This document shows positions 1-10,065 of a DNA stretch of 64,000 nt, piece by piece (position 1 is the stretch's first letter; each line of letters begins with the position of its first letter). The notes beneath the pieces were generated by a model that saw nothing but the letters and a program-made list of their open reading frames with translations, was not told where the DNA came from and ran no database searches. This stretch comes from an archaeon GW2011_AR15. Lineage in GTDB: Archaea > Nanobdellota > Nanobdellia > Woesearchaeales > GW2011-AR15. A program made the translations under genes and the position numbers. The DNA lies in NCBI GenBank assembly GCA_000830295.1, contig CP010425.1, positions 736,001-800,000 on the forward strand. Direction: 5' to 3'.

Positions 1-1868
1 TGTTTGCTCTTAACCTGAAGGACAGGAAAGATGATGCAGCTGTCTGGATAGAAGGCCCGGATAAAGTTGTTTCAGGGGTTGAGAACACGTTCACAGCAAA
101 AGTAAATGCAGTTGGAGAGCCTGACAAAAGCCTGAAAGTCTATGTGGATGACTCTCTTGTATACAATGAGGCCTTCAGGAAAGATGTTGAGATAAAACAG
201 ACGTTCACCTCAGGAAACCATGTCATAAGGGCAGTTCTTGGCGGGGGAGATGCATTCTCCCAGAACAATATATTCTACAAGGCTGTCTCAGTATATGAAA
301 AACCAAAGATACTATTTGTATCCAACGGCGGGTCGCCCATGCTTGGCCTGCTTCAGGGATTTTATGCAGTTGATACAGCATCAGGAGTCACATCCAACCT
401 TGACAGCTATTATGCTGTTGTGCTGGACAATATCAATGGAGACCAGCTCGGGAACAGGGAAATCGAGAGGCTTGAGGACTTCCTTGATGACGGCAACGGG
501 CTTCTTGTCGTGGGAGGCAGAAATTCCTATGACTGGGGGGAGTATGATACTTCAAGGATAAATAACCTGCTGCCTGTCGGAATAGGCCAGGCAAAAAAGA
601 AGGATGACATAACAAACATAGTGATGCTGCTTGACACAGGTGCATCAGGAGAAGGGCTGCTGAAGGAAGGCATAACTTTTTTTGATGTCCAGAAATCAAT
701 ACTTGTGGATGTGCTGAACGGCATAAGCTCACTGAACAAGGTAGCTGTTTTTGAATCAAACCATTACCAGAAAACAATAACCGGGCTGTCAGAGCTTGGG
801 CCGAAGAAAGTCCAGCTTATAGAAGATATAAGCGTGCTTACAACTCACGGATTCAGCGAGCTGAGATTCTCATACCAGAAGGCACATGAAGCTTTAAAAC
901 TGAACACAGGAAGCAAGAACATTGTCATAATAACTGATGGGAAGCTTATTCCGCAGGACCAGGCGCTGACGCTGGAGCTTACAAGAGCAGCAAAGGCAGA
1001 CGGCATAAAGACCTTTATAATTGCTGTGGGAGACAGCGCAGACGAGGAATTCCTCAAGGCTGTTAAAGAGGCAGGCGGAGGAGAATATTTCAGGGCAGAC
1101 GAGACAAACAGGCTGAAACTTTATTTTGGGGAGCCTGAATCAGGTGATACAGATGACCTGGAAATATTTGTCTATGATTCCAACCATTTCATAACAGAAG
1201 AGCTGGACATGTCAAGCGATATATACGGATTCAATACAGTCTATCCAAAGCAGAACGGCAGGATGCTGCTGAGCACTTCAGCCGGCGATCCTGTGCTTAC
1301 AATATGGAATTACGGGCTTGGTAGAGTGGCAGCATGGTCGACAGACGACGGCTCAGTCTGGACGCCCGACATGCTCAACACCAAGAATTCCCAGGCGCTC
1401 ATAAGGACGCTGAACTGGCTTGTGGAGGAGCCTGGCAGGAAATCCGATCCTCTTATCGATATCCCAGAACTGAGGACAGGCGAAAATTCAGTGATAACTG
1501 TCAAATCAAGCAGGATTCCGTCCGGGTCAGGGATATCATTCTATGAATATGAAAAAGGCATCTATAAAGGAAACTATTTTCCGCAGAAAACAGGGATTGC
1601 AAGCATACTGGGAAGGAATGCTGCAGTTAATTACCAGAAAGAATACCTGAACATAGGCATGGACCCGGAGCTTGAAAGGACGCTGGCAATAACAGGAGGA
1701 AAACTGATAAATACAGATGACAAAGAAGAGGTCGCTTCACTTTCAACAGTCCAGGTAAGCAGGACCAATGACCTTTCATGGCTCTTCCTGACTATTGCAG
1801 GCCTTGTATATCTTTTTGAGGTTGCTGTAAGGAGGATAATGGAAATGAGGGCTTTGAAAAAGTTTTAA
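1..1868 (+). CDS. vWA domain / glutamine-amidotransferase-like membrane-anchored protein (5' partial, frame open to window start)
   Basis: Frame is open from nt 3. vWA-like segments (MLLDTGAS, IIITDG, IIAVG), GGRNSY and GLGRVAAW segments, C-terminal TM helix. Confidence 0.75.
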   Translation, partial: FALNLKDRKDDAAVWIEGPDKVVSGVENTFTAKVNAVGEPDKSLKVYVDDSLVYNEAFRKDVEIKQTFTSGNHVIRAVLGGGDAFSQNNIFYKAVSVYEKPKILFVSNGGSPMLGLLQGFYAVDTASGVTSNLDSYYAVVLDNINGDQLGNREIERLEDFLDDGNGLLVVGGRNSYDWGEYDTSRINNLLPVGIGQAKKKDDITNIVMLLDTGASGEGLLKEGITFFDVQKSILVDVLNGISSLNKVAVFESNHYQKTITGLSELGPKKVQLIEDISVLTTHGFSELRFSYQKAHEALKLNTGSKNIVIITDGKLIPQDQALTLELTRAAKADGIKTFIIAVGDSADEEFLKAVKEAGGGEYFRADETNRLKLYFGEPESGDTDDLEIFVYDSNHFITEELDMSSDIYGFNTVYPKQNGRMLLSTSAGDPVLTIWNYGLGRVAAWSTDDGSVWTPDMLNTKNSQALIRTLNWLVEEPGRKSDPLIDIPELRTGENSVITVKSSRIPSGSGISFYEYEKGIYKGNYFPQKTGIASILGRNAAVNYQKEYLNIGMDPELERTLAITGGKLINTDDKEEVASLSTVQVSRTNDLSWLFLTIAGLVYLFEVAVRRIMEMRALKKF

Positions 1869-1892
1869 AAACCTGTAAGATTTATAACGAAT

Positions 1893-2348
1893 ATGGCATA
1901 CATGAAAAGGGCAACAACGATTGTACTCTTTCTCCTTCTTCTGGGCACACTGGGTTTTTTTGCAGTTTCAGTTGTGAAATACCAAGGAGACCTGACCAGG
2001 CTTAATGATGATATAAGGGACAAAAGGGTGGAGATAGATGATCTTAGCGACCAGCTGAAGGAATTCAATGAAAGCAACTCCCAGCTGAATGAGCAGCTTA
2101 CAGTGCAGCAGGCAAGGGAACAGGACCTGTCAACCCAGTATCTTGATGTGAAAGGAGAGAAAGAGAGCCTGGAATCCACTAATGCCGCACTGGAGAAGGA
2201 CCTTGCAAATATCACCAGCCAATATACTGCACTCCAGATAGAATATAACGATACAACAGAAGAACTCGGGAATGTCCTTGAGGATGCTGAAGATATCTGC
2301 AATTACTCTGCCACAGCAAATATAACTGAATGCGATGATTACAGATGA
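1893..2348 (+). CDS. Membrane-anchored coiled-coil protein
   Basis: N-terminal hydrophobic helix followed by heptad-rich sequence. Confidence 0.65.
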   Translation: MAYMKRATTIVLFLLLLGTLGFFAVSVVKYQGDLTRLNDDIRDKRVEIDDLSDQLKEFNESNSQLNEQLTVQQAREQDLSTQYLDVKGEKESLESTNAALEKDLANITSQYTALQIEYNDTTEELGNVLEDAEDICNYSATANITECDDYR

Positions 2349-3112
2349 ACATAAGAAAGATGTACACAGAACTTCTTGTAACTTCTGTCACCCTTAATAT
2401 CTTTGATTCAATACTGACAACAATAACAGCATTCAGCATAATTTATTTTGTGCTTTACTTTTACAGAATCCCATATCTTGTGGCTATTGCAGCTTCTGCT
2501 GCATTTTTCCTGTGGAGCTTCATAAGGAAGATAAGGCAGAACAAGATACTTGTGCTTGAGCAGAAATATCCTGATTTCAAGGAAAGGCTGAGGACAAGCT
2601 ATGAGTACAAGACAGAGAGCAATACAGTAATAGATTCTCTCCACAGCGATATTACTGAGATGATGAAAAAAGTGGACATAAGCGCATACCTTGACTCAGG
2701 CAGGGTGGCATTCAAGGTCCTGGCTGCCTGCATACTGCTCTTTTCAACGCTTTATTTCTCCTCAGTGGGCCTGGATATACTTGACATAAAGACAAGGATA
2801 GTCACCTCAAGTGCATACGAGAGCCTTGAAGAGTTTGCAACTGGCCTGTTCACTAATGATGACCAGGAATTTGAAACTCCTGCAGCAGGAGACCCAAGAC
2901 TGATAGTGCTGGGGAACGAGGAGCTGAATGCAAACCTTGATGTCTACAACACAGGACTTGACATAAACGAGATATCTGAGGGAGAGAAAAATGATTTCGG
3001 CGGGCATTATCCGGGGGAGATTTCAGGGGATGCCCAGGAGATTTATGAGGAAGACATCCCTGAGGAAGACAAGGAAGTTGTAAGGGAGTATTTCAAGAAG
3101 ATTAACCAGTGA
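2345..3112 (+). CDS. Conserved archaeal membrane protein with acidic C-terminus (type found near vWA/MoxR genes)
   Basis: 3 TM segments, ERLRT motif, acidic tail ending VREYF; ATGA overlap with upstream gene. Confidence 0.6.
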   Translation: MNIRKMYTELLVTSVTLNIFDSILTTITAFSIIYFVLYFYRIPYLVAIAASAAFFLWSFIRKIRQNKILVLEQKYPDFKERLRTSYEYKTESNTVIDSLHSDITEMMKKVDISAYLDSGRVAFKVLAACILLFSTLYFSSVGLDILDIKTRIVTSSAYESLEEFATGLFTNDDQEFETPAAGDPRLIVLGNEELNANLDVYNTGLDINEISEGEKNDFGGHYPGEISGDAQEIYEEDIPEEDKEVVREYFKKINQ

Positions 3113-3162
3113 ATTCTGAATTTTTAAAAAAGTATATAATAAGCTGGCTGTTTCTTTGCCCT

Positions 3163-3888
3163 ATGAGCAAACTGATTGCAACAAAAGACAACTGGACATT
3201 CCTTGTTAAAGACCCTGATAAAGATGTTCATACTAATTTTGGGCTGATAAAGGCTGAGGACATAAAGAAAGCCAAAGCCGGGGAAATAGTGAAGAGCAAC
3301 AAAGGGATAGAGTTCACTGTTTTTGACGCTGATTTCATTGACTTTTATCACAGGATAAAGAGAGGGCCGCAGATAATCCCGAGAAAAGATATAGGTCTCA
3401 TAATAGCAGAGGCAGGCCTGAATAAGAATTCTGTAGTAATTGAATCAGGCTCAGGTTCAGGCGGCCTGGGATGCTTCCTTGCCAAGATCTGCAAAAAAGT
3501 GTATTCATATGAGATAAGGGAGGATTTCTATAACATTGCAAAAAAAAATGTTGAATATCTCGGCATAAAAAACCTAAGCCTGAAAAACAGGGATGCAAAA
3601 GAAGGCTTCAGCGAAAAGAATGCAGATACAGTTATCCTTGACCTTCCTGACCCATGGGAACTTATAGAGGCGGCAAAGAAATCACTTAAGCCTGGGGGAT
3701 TCCTTATCTCATACAGCCCGACAATACCTCAGGTAATGGATTTTGTAAATACCCTTGATGAGAGCTTTGCCTACCTGAAGACGTCTGAGATAATTGAGAG
3801 GGAATGGGAAGTTAAGGAGAGAAAGGTAAGGCCGAGAAGCCAGGCGATAGGCCATTCAGGTTTTATTACGTTTGCAAGAAAATTATAG
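3163..3888 (+). CDS. trmI: tRNA (adenine-57/58-N1)-methyltransferase, TrmI/GCD14 family
   Basis: KRGPQII, ESGSGSG SAM motif, LDLPDPW, GHSGFI; start moved to ATG 3163 downstream of a TATA-like tract. Confidence 0.9.
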   Translation: MSKLIATKDNWTFLVKDPDKDVHTNFGLIKAEDIKKAKAGEIVKSNKGIEFTVFDADFIDFYHRIKRGPQIIPRKDIGLIIAEAGLNKNSVVIESGSGSGGLGCFLAKICKKVYSYEIREDFYNIAKKNVEYLGIKNLSLKNRDAKEGFSEKNADTVILDLPDPWELIEAAKKSLKPGGFLISYSPTIPQVMDFVNTLDESFAYLKTSEIIEREWEVKERKVRPRSQAIGHSGFITFARKL

Positions 3889-4434
3889 GTGAAGAATTTT
3901 TCTATCCATCAGGTAAAGAGCCAGCTGGCTGGCTGCAATGGCTCCTGAGAGTAAGAAGAGATAAACGGCGAGAAGCTGCATGAATGTAAGAGGGACGTCA
4001 TTCCTCAGCGCCCCAAGGATAAGCACAGTATACCATGAGGTCATTGATATTGCTCCCGATGCAAAAGTTATTCTTTTTACAAAACTAAGCTGGTGGTCTG
4101 CGAAATCCAGCTTTACCAGCCTCGGCGTTATGTAAAGATTCAGCAAGATGCCATTCAATATTATAATCCCGACAATCACCATCTTCACAAGAAACTTGAC
4201 TGTAAAATTATATCTTACAGTGTTCTGAAGGTATATGCCAATCCCAGACAGTATCAGGATAGCAAGCCCGACCCATATCATGATAGATACAGTCTTGAGT
4301 ACCTTTGTTTCCCACCTTGAGACGTGGAAATCCTTGAGGAACCTGAAAACCATGATATCAGCCACAGTCGCTGCCCCCATACCTATGGCCAGGCCTATGA
4401 GATGAAGTATAATTAATAGCTGATACGAAATCAT
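3883..4434 (-). CDS. Integral membrane protein with conserved His in TM1
   Basis: 5 hydrophobic helices, LHLIG, FLVKM. Confidence 0.6.
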   Translation of the reverse strand: MISYQLLIILHLIGLAIGMGAATVADIMVFRFLKDFHVSRWETKVLKTVSIMIWVGLAILILSGIGIYLQNTVRYNFTVKFLVKMVIVGIIILNGILLNLYITPRLVKLDFADHQLSFVKRITFASGAISMTSWYTVLILGALRNDVPLTFMQLLAVYLFLLSGAIAASQLALYLMDRKILHL

Positions 4435-4467
4435 AGTCTGTTTATCTGGATTAACAGGTATATAAAT

Positions 4468-4842
4468 TTAGCTGTTAAAAGAAGAAATGAATAACAAGAT
4501 GTTAATCAGGTAGATACTGCTGCACACCAGACAAAAATTCTTCTGCTTCGCATACGAGACATATGCAAGATACACTGAAAACAGCAAAGCAGGTATTGAG
4601 GCATAGAATACGAACCAGGGATAGGTAAAGCTGAGAGCAATAATAGCTGTATAGTAGATACCCCCTATCACAGGATTCGGCACAAGGAACCTGTTATAAT
4701 ACCTGCTGCTGAATGCCTTTGTGCATGAGATATTCCTGCTGATGTCGCACAGCGGCCTGTATTTTTTGTCTTTGCTCCTTTCTTTTACATAAAGTGCATA
4801 CACAGAGAGCAGCAGCCCAAGCAGAGATAATTCCGGTATCAT
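4468..4842 (-). CDS. Vitamin K epoxide reductase (VKOR) family protein
   Basis: Loop pair CDISRNISC, AFSSRY, PNPVIG, CLVC redox motif in last TM. Confidence 0.85.
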   Translation of the reverse strand: MIPELSLLGLLLSVYALYVKERSKDKKYRPLCDISRNISCTKAFSSRYYNRFLVPNPVIGGIYYTAIIALSFTYPWFVFYASIPALLFSVYLAYVSYAKQKNFCLVCSSIYLINILLFISSFNS

Positions 4843-4904
4843 AGCCTGTGTATAGCTTCAGGATATAAAAAAATTATTATTCTCCCTGTTTATACTAAGG
4901 GGAT

Positions 4905-5654
4905 ATGAAGATAAGACTGCATCAGTTCCTCAGCAAGTCAGGGCTTTTCAGCAGAAGGCAGGATATGCTGGATGCAATACTGAAAGGGGAAGTGAAGATA
5001 GATAGTGAGACAGTAACAAAGCCGCACTACGGGTTTAATCCGAAAAAAAGGAAAGTGTACTATAAGGGTGAGGAAGTGAAGGAGACAGAGGAAACAATAT
5101 ACCTCATCCTGAATAAGCCGCTCGGCTACCTGTCAACAAAGCTTACAGAGAAAGATATCGAGCTTGGGAAAAAATCAGCATTTGACCTCATTACAGGGTT
5201 TGACGAAAAGGCAAAGAATTCCCTTTTTGCAGTAGGAAGGCTGGATGAGGATACTTCAGGCCTGCTTATCTTCACTAATGACGGCAGGCTGGGATACAAG
5301 ATAGCGAGCCCTAAGAGCAGCATAAAGAAGACATACCATGCTGTCCTGGAAAAAGAATTATCCGAAAAGGATATTGCTAAAATAGAGAAAGGAGTGAAAA
5401 TAAGCCTTGGGGGATTCCCTGAAAAATTTTACACGACAAAACCCTGCAAAATAGAAAAGATTTCTGGAAAAGAAGCGTATATAACCCTGACAGAAGGGAA
5501 AAAAAGGGAAGTCAGGAAAATCTTTGTGGCTATGGGTAATGCAGTTATCAGCCTGAGAAGGATTGCGATAGGAAAAATTCTGCTCAAAAAACTGGATATA
5601 AGAGACGGGGAATTCAGAATAGTTGACAGGCAGTTCATAAAAGAGAGGTTATGA
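4905..5654 (+). CDS. RsuA/RluB-family rRNA pseudouridine synthase
   Basis: S4 domain (RLHQFLSKSG), LNKPLG, GRLDEDTSGL, EGKKREVR. Confidence 0.9.
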   Translation: MKIRLHQFLSKSGLFSRRQDMLDAILKGEVKIDSETVTKPHYGFNPKKRKVYYKGEEVKETEETIYLILNKPLGYLSTKLTEKDIELGKKSAFDLITGFDEKAKNSLFAVGRLDEDTSGLLIFTNDGRLGYKIASPKSSIKKTYHAVLEKELSEKDIAKIEKGVKISLGGFPEKFYTTKPCKIEKISGKEAYITLTEGKKREVRKIFVAMGNAVISLRRIAIGKILLKKLDIRDGEFRIVDRQFIKERL

Positions 5655-5665
5655 CTATCAGTTTT

Positions 5666-8230
5666 TTACAGCTCTTTTTTTTTCATTAGTAAAGTGTTAC
5701 TGACGACACTCACGCTTGACATCGCCATTGCCGCGCCTGCAATAGCAGGGTTTAACAGGAATCCAAACACAGGATATAGTGCTCCTGCAGCTACAGGAAT
5801 CCCAACTATGTTGTAGAAGAATGCCCAGAACAGGTTCTGCTTTATTTTTTTCATAGTATAATTGCTCAGTTTTATGGCAGTAACAACATCATTAAGGTCA
5901 TTCTTTACCAATACAAGATCTCCTGTCTCTATTGCAACATCTGTTCCTGACCCAAGTGCAATACCAATATCCGCCTGAGCCAGAGCAGGAGCATCGTTGA
6001 TGCCGTCTCCGACCATAGCAACATTTCTTCCCTGCTCTTGCAATCCTTTTATTTTCTCTGCTTTTTCTTCAGGCAATACTTCAGACAATACTTCATCAAT
6101 TCCTGTCTGCAGGGCAATCGCTTTTGCTGTTCTTTCATTATCCCCGGTAATCATCACTATTTTCTTCCCCATCCCATGCAGTTTTTGAACAGCTTCTTTT
6201 GAGTTTTCCTTTAATGTGTCTGCCACTGCGATTATTCCTATTAATTCTTTGTCTAGAGAAACTAACATGGCTGTTTTTCCTTCTCCCTCAAGTTTTCTCA
6301 TTGTACTCTCTGCGCTTAATATCTTTATACCCTTGTCTTTCATTAGTTTTCTACTTCCTAACAATATCTTCTTTTTATCATACAATGCACTAACTCCTTT
6401 TCCAGCTATTGCCACGAATGATTTTGCATCATGTATATTGATTCTCTTTTCTTTTGCTTTTTTTACAATAGATTCTCCTAACGGGTGTTCAGAGCCTTTC
6501 TCAACAATTGCAGAATACTTTAAAACATCATTTTCACTATAATTATTAAAGGCAATAATATCTGTAACTTCCGGCTTCCCTTTAGTTAATGTTCCTGTTT
6601 TATCGAATACAACGGTATCGACTTTCTCAGTTTTCTGCAGTGCCTCGGCATTTTTTATCAGGATTCCGCTATTTGCGCCCATTCCTGTACCGACCATCAC
6701 AGCAGTTGGCGTTGCCAGACCCATGGCGCATGGGCATGCGATAACCAGTACTGCAATGGCTATTGAGAGTGAAAACACAAGCGTATTCCCCAGCACAAAA
6801 TACCACAAAATAAAAGCCAACACAGAGATTATTATTACGACAGGCACAAAATATAATGAAATTTTATCAACCAATTCCTGAATAGGAGCTTTGCTGGCCT
6901 GAGCATCTTCAACAAATTTAATTATCTGGCTAAGAAAAGTATCCCTCCCTATTTTTGTTGCTTTTATTTTAAGAAGTCCCTGCTTATTTATTGTTGAACC
7001 CACAATCTCGTCTCCTTTGTTTTTTTCAACGGGGATGCTTTCTCCTGTGACCATTGATTCATCTACTGATGAATGCCCTGAGACAACAACACCGTCAGTA
7101 GGTATCTTTTCACCAGGCTTTACAATTATGATATCCCCTATCTGGACATCCTCTATAGGAATCTCGATTTCCTCCCCTCTCCTTTCGACACGGGCGGTTT
7201 TTGCCTGCAATCCTATGAGCTTTTTTATGGCCTCGCTCGTCCTGCCTTTTGCCAGTGCTTCCAGATATCGTCCCAGGAGTATAAATGTTATAAGAAAAGC
7301 GGCGGTCTCATAATATAGACCTTGGAATGTATCTGGCACTAATGTAACTAAGAAACTGTATACAATAGCTGCTCCTGTTCCAATCGCGACCAGAGAGTCC
7401 ATGTTAGGAGACAAGTTAAATAATGACTTAAATCCAGAAGTATAAAAGTTTCTGCCTGCATATATAACCGGGATCAGAAGCAGTGTCTGTATCCATGCCA
7501 TATTCTGCTCTATAGCTCTAGGCAGAGGCAAAACAGGGAAGAACCCAACAACCATGAAATAGATAAATGGCAGTGAAAATATGAATGATAAAACCAGCTT
7601 TTCCTTCAGCTGTTTTATCTCTTTTTCCCTGAATTCTTTTTCCGTATCTTTGCTTTCAAGCTGTGATGCTTTATATCCTGCCTTGTCAATTGCATTTATA
7701 ATGTCTTTAATGGAGACTTTTGAAGAATCATAAGATATAACTGCTTTTTGTGTTGACCAGTTTGGTTTTGCCTCTACGATGCCCTCCAGCTTTTCAACAG
7801 AATTTTTTACTATATTGGCGCAATGGTCAGACATCATGCCCTCAACATGCAGGTTTACCTCGTCTTTCACAACAGAATATCCTTTTTTCTTCACAACATC
7901 CTCAAATTTGCTCACATCTGTTTTTGAATCATCATACTCCACAGTGGCTTTGTTTGTTGTAAGATTTACGTTGGCAGATTTTACTCCTAGCGTATTTTTA
8001 AGCCCATGTTCTATTTTTGCAGCACAGCTGGCGCAATGCATGCCGGAGATAGTCAGCGTTGTTTTTTTAGAGCCTTTCTCTGTATATCCATGCTTTTCTT
8101 CAGCATTGTCATTGCCCAAAAATTTGTCTTTACAGTGCTGACTGCAAAAATAATATGTCTTGCCGTCTTTTTCCCCCTTAAGAGCTTTTTTAGGGTCAAC
8201 TTCCATTCCGCATACTGGGTCTTTTTCCAT
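5666..8230 (-). CDS. copA: Cu(+)-exporting P1B-type ATPase with N-terminal YHS domain and two HMA domains
   Basis: [18 protein letters not shown], degenerate [31 protein letters not shown] and MAMSS motifs. Confidence 0.95.
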   Translation of the reverse strand: MEKDPVCGMEVDPKKALKGEKDGKTYYFCSQHCKDKFLGNDNAEEKHGYTEKGSKKTTLTISGMHCASCAAKIEHGLKNTLGVKSANVNLTTNKATVEYDDSKTDVSKFEDVVKKKGYSVVKDEVNLHVEGMMSDHCANIVKNSVEKLEGIVEAKPNWSTQKAVISYDSSKVSIKDIINAIDKAGYKASQLESKDTEKEFREKEIKQLKEKLVLSFIFSLPFIYFMVVGFFPVLPLPRAIEQNMAWIQTLLLIPVIYAGRNFYTSGFKSLFNLSPNMDSLVAIGTGAAIVYSFLVTLVPDTFQGLYYETAAFLITFILLGRYLEALAKGRTSEAIKKLIGLQAKTARVERRGEEIEIPIEDVQIGDIIIVKPGEKIPTDGVVVSGHSSVDESMVTGESIPVEKNKGDEIVGSTINKQGLLKIKATKIGRDTFLSQIIKFVEDAQASKAPIQELVDKISLYFVPVVIIISVLAFILWYFVLGNTLVFSLSIAIAVLVIACPCAMGLATPTAVMVGTGMGANSGILIKNAEALQKTEKVDTVVFDKTGTLTKGKPEVTDIIAFNNYSENDVLKYSAIVEKGSEHPLGESIVKKAKEKRINIHDAKSFVAIAGKGVSALYDKKKILLGSRKLMKDKGIKILSAESTMRKLEGEGKTAMLVSLDKELIGIIAVADTLKENSKEAVQKLHGMGKKIVMITGDNERTAKAIALQTGIDEVLSEVLPEEKAEKIKGLQEQGRNVAMVGDGINDAPALAQADIGIALGSGTDVAIETGDLVLVKNDLNDVVTAIKLSNYTMKKIKQNLFWAFFYNIVGIPVAAGALYPVFGFLLNPAIAGAAMAMSSVSVVSNTLLMKKKEL

Positions 8231-8231
8231 T

Positions 8232-8393
8232 CTAATTCGCCTTCAATGCATGACTTGTAATTTCCAGATTACAGCTATCATGTTCTTTGCACCATTTTTC
8301 ACATTCATCAGCATGCACTTTATCGTTGTATAGTAGTTTACACTCCTCACACTGATAATACTTGTTTCCCTGCGTTACAATTTTTTTAACCAT
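8232..8393 (-). CDS. Small Cys/His-rich protein, 53 aa (not in ORF track)
   Basis: Manual translation [53 protein letters not shown]; exactly fills the gap between the neighbouring genes. Confidence 0.8.
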   Translation of the reverse strand: MVKKIVTQGNKYYQCEECKLLYNDKVHADECEKWCKEHDSCNLEITSHALKAN

Positions 8394-8638
8394 TAAGCAA
8401 ACTTATTGTACAACCATGCGAATCCATAGCTGAATATGAAGCCTATTATTGCCGCCTCGATTATGCCGGTTATTATGCTTAACGGGCTTAGCCCAAAAAA
8501 CATATGCCACTGCATCATCATGCTGACAGCACCCATATACATACCCATGCCGCCAAAAAGGCCAAGCAGCAGCATTCCTGCAGCGGATACAGCTGCTCCT
8601 GCATATCCGAATGCCAGTTCATTTAGTTTTCCAGTCAT
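8393..8638 (-). CDS. Small 2-TM Met-rich membrane protein
   Basis: MGMYMG..MMMQWHM between two TM helices; GGAGG RBS. Confidence 0.75.
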   Translation of the reverse strand: MTGKLNELAFGYAGAAVSAAGMLLLGLFGGMGMYMGAVSMMMQWHMFFGLSPLSIITGIIEAAIIGFIFSYGFAWLYNKFA

Positions 8639-8650
8639 TTTTTACCTCCT

Positions 8651-8854
8651 TTAACCACAACAGCCTCCGCCGCTGGTTTTTTTAACAGTGCTTACTTCAC
8701 TTTTATAAGCATTAATATGTTCCTGAGAACAAAAGTTCTTTTTGAATACACCAACATATCCGGGTATTTTGATTTCTGCGTTTATTTCTTTCTCTTTTTC
8801 AATAGGTTCTCTGCAATAAACGCATTTTTCCTTTAATAATCCAAATAATCCCAC
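8651..8854 (-). CDS. TRASH/YHS-like small metal-binding protein ending GGGCCG
   Basis: CVYC...FCSQEH; GAGGTG RBS before GTG. Confidence 0.75.
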   Translation of the reverse strand: MGLFGLLKEKCVYCREPIEKEKEINAEIKIPGYVGVFKKNFCSQEHINAYKSEVSTVKKTSGGGCCG

Positions 8855-8974
8855 TTACATCACCTCTTTATTGCAACAACAAGAATGATACTTTTTTCCG
8901 CTCTTTCCCTTGTTATTGCAGCATTCATGTTCTTTGTTTTCTTTATTCTCCTTACAACAGTTATGTTCTTTCAT
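8855..8974 (-). CDS. Metallothionein-like peptide, 39 aa (not in ORF track)
   Basis: MKEHNCCKENKENKEHECCNNKGKSGKKYHSCCCNKEVM; GAGG upstream; stop abuts the next start. Confidence 0.7.
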   Translation of the reverse strand: MKEHNCCKENKENKEHECCNNKGKSGKKYHSCCCNKEVM

Positions 8975-8997
8975 AGTTTTTGCCTCATCTTGGTGTA

Positions 8998-9342
8998 TTA
9001 ATCTTGTATTAAATTACCTCCTTTTTCAAAAAGTTCAGCACAGTGCGGGCACTTAGTTTTCTTGTTCATCTGGCTGAAAGCATCCCTTAATGGGCACCAG
9101 CAGTAAGCATCGCTCAATCTGTAATATTTTTTCCTGCCTTTTTTCTCAAATTTTACTATGTCTAATCCAGCCATCATCTTTAGCTGATGGGAGATTGCCG
9201 ATAGAGTAAGTTCTCCAACTGAGCTATGGATGTCTTTTACAGTCATAGGGCCTTTTGATACAGTTACAAGTATCTTCAGCCTGGTTTCATCTGCCAGAGC
9301 GTCAAAAAACTTTATGATTCTCTGGTTTATCTCCTTCATCAA
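8998..9342 (-). CDS. ArsR/SmtB-family metal-responsive repressor
   Basis: FDALADETRLKIL, SAISHQLK, C-terminal CWC and CPHC. Confidence 0.9.
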   Translation of the reverse strand: MMKEINQRIIKFFDALADETRLKILVTVSKGPMTVKDIHSSVGELTLSAISHQLKMMAGLDIVKFEKKGRKKYYRLSDAYCWCPLRDAFSQMNKKTKCPHCAELFEKGGNLIQD

Positions 9343-9375
9343 TAGTTGAGAAATTGCTCAAGTATTTAAATATAC

Positions 9376-9888
9376 CTATTTTTTTAGTATATCCAGCACA
9401 TCCTCTCTTAGTATAACTTTCCTTATCTTGCCATGGGCTTTTATCATGATTAATTTTTTCTCCTGCATTTTCTGAAGCGACCGGTATGCTTTTACCCTGT
9501 TTAATCCAGGAAGTCTGGAAATCTCAGCCTGTGTAGTCTCTCCCGTGGTCTTTACAAGATGCTTTATAATCTCCTCTTCTTCCTTATTGAGAAACATAAG
9601 CACTATTTGCAGGATGTTCTCTGAATTTTTTCTTTGTTTTTCCAAAGCTCTGAAACTTAGGCCGGAAATAAAAAAACCAAGGATTATTGAGATCATTATC
9701 ATGATAAATAATAGTTCAAGGTGATTCTGGGCGGCATAATAAAATAATGGATTGGCATTTGTCATATCCCTACTACCGTAAGTAATTATTGTGATAACTG
9801 AAACAAAAATAAATATAATTATGAGCACGGCCAGCCCAAGATATTTATAGAATTTTAGTTTTTGTGTATCCATAGTTGCTGCAAACAA
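9376..9888 (-). CDS. Membrane-anchored winged-helix regulator (type A)
   Basis: 2 TM helices plus C-terminal wHTH (TQAEIS..V..YRSLQKM..GKIRKV). Confidence 0.8.
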   Translation of the reverse strand: MFAATMDTQKLKFYKYLGLAVLIIIFIFVSVITIITYGSRDMTNANPLFYYAAQNHLELLFIMIMISIILGFFISGLSFRALEKQRKNSENILQIVLMFLNKEEEEIIKHLVKTTGETTQAEISRLPGLNRVKAYRSLQKMQEKKLIMIKAHGKIRKVILREDVLDILKK

Positions 9889-9939
9889 TATTGGTTTTAT
9901 ATATTTTTTGTTTCAGAAATTGCAGCATTATTCTTAAAT

Positions 9940-9978
9940 GTTTCGCAACCCTTTAAATATTGTTTCAACATATGAAAC
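9940..9978 (+). promoter_or_regulatory. TATA promoter bracketed by GTTTCA operator half-sites
   Basis: GTTTCG-N6-TTTAAATA-N2-GTTTCA-N5-TGAAAC; same spacing at 19407-19445. Confidence 0.7.
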
Positions 9979-10065
9979 ATACATGTGTGCCTATTTTGTG
10001 CATGAAAAAAGGAGTTGTCAGCTCTAAAAAAAGAGCCTGTAAAACTCCAGAATAAGGAGGTAAAA

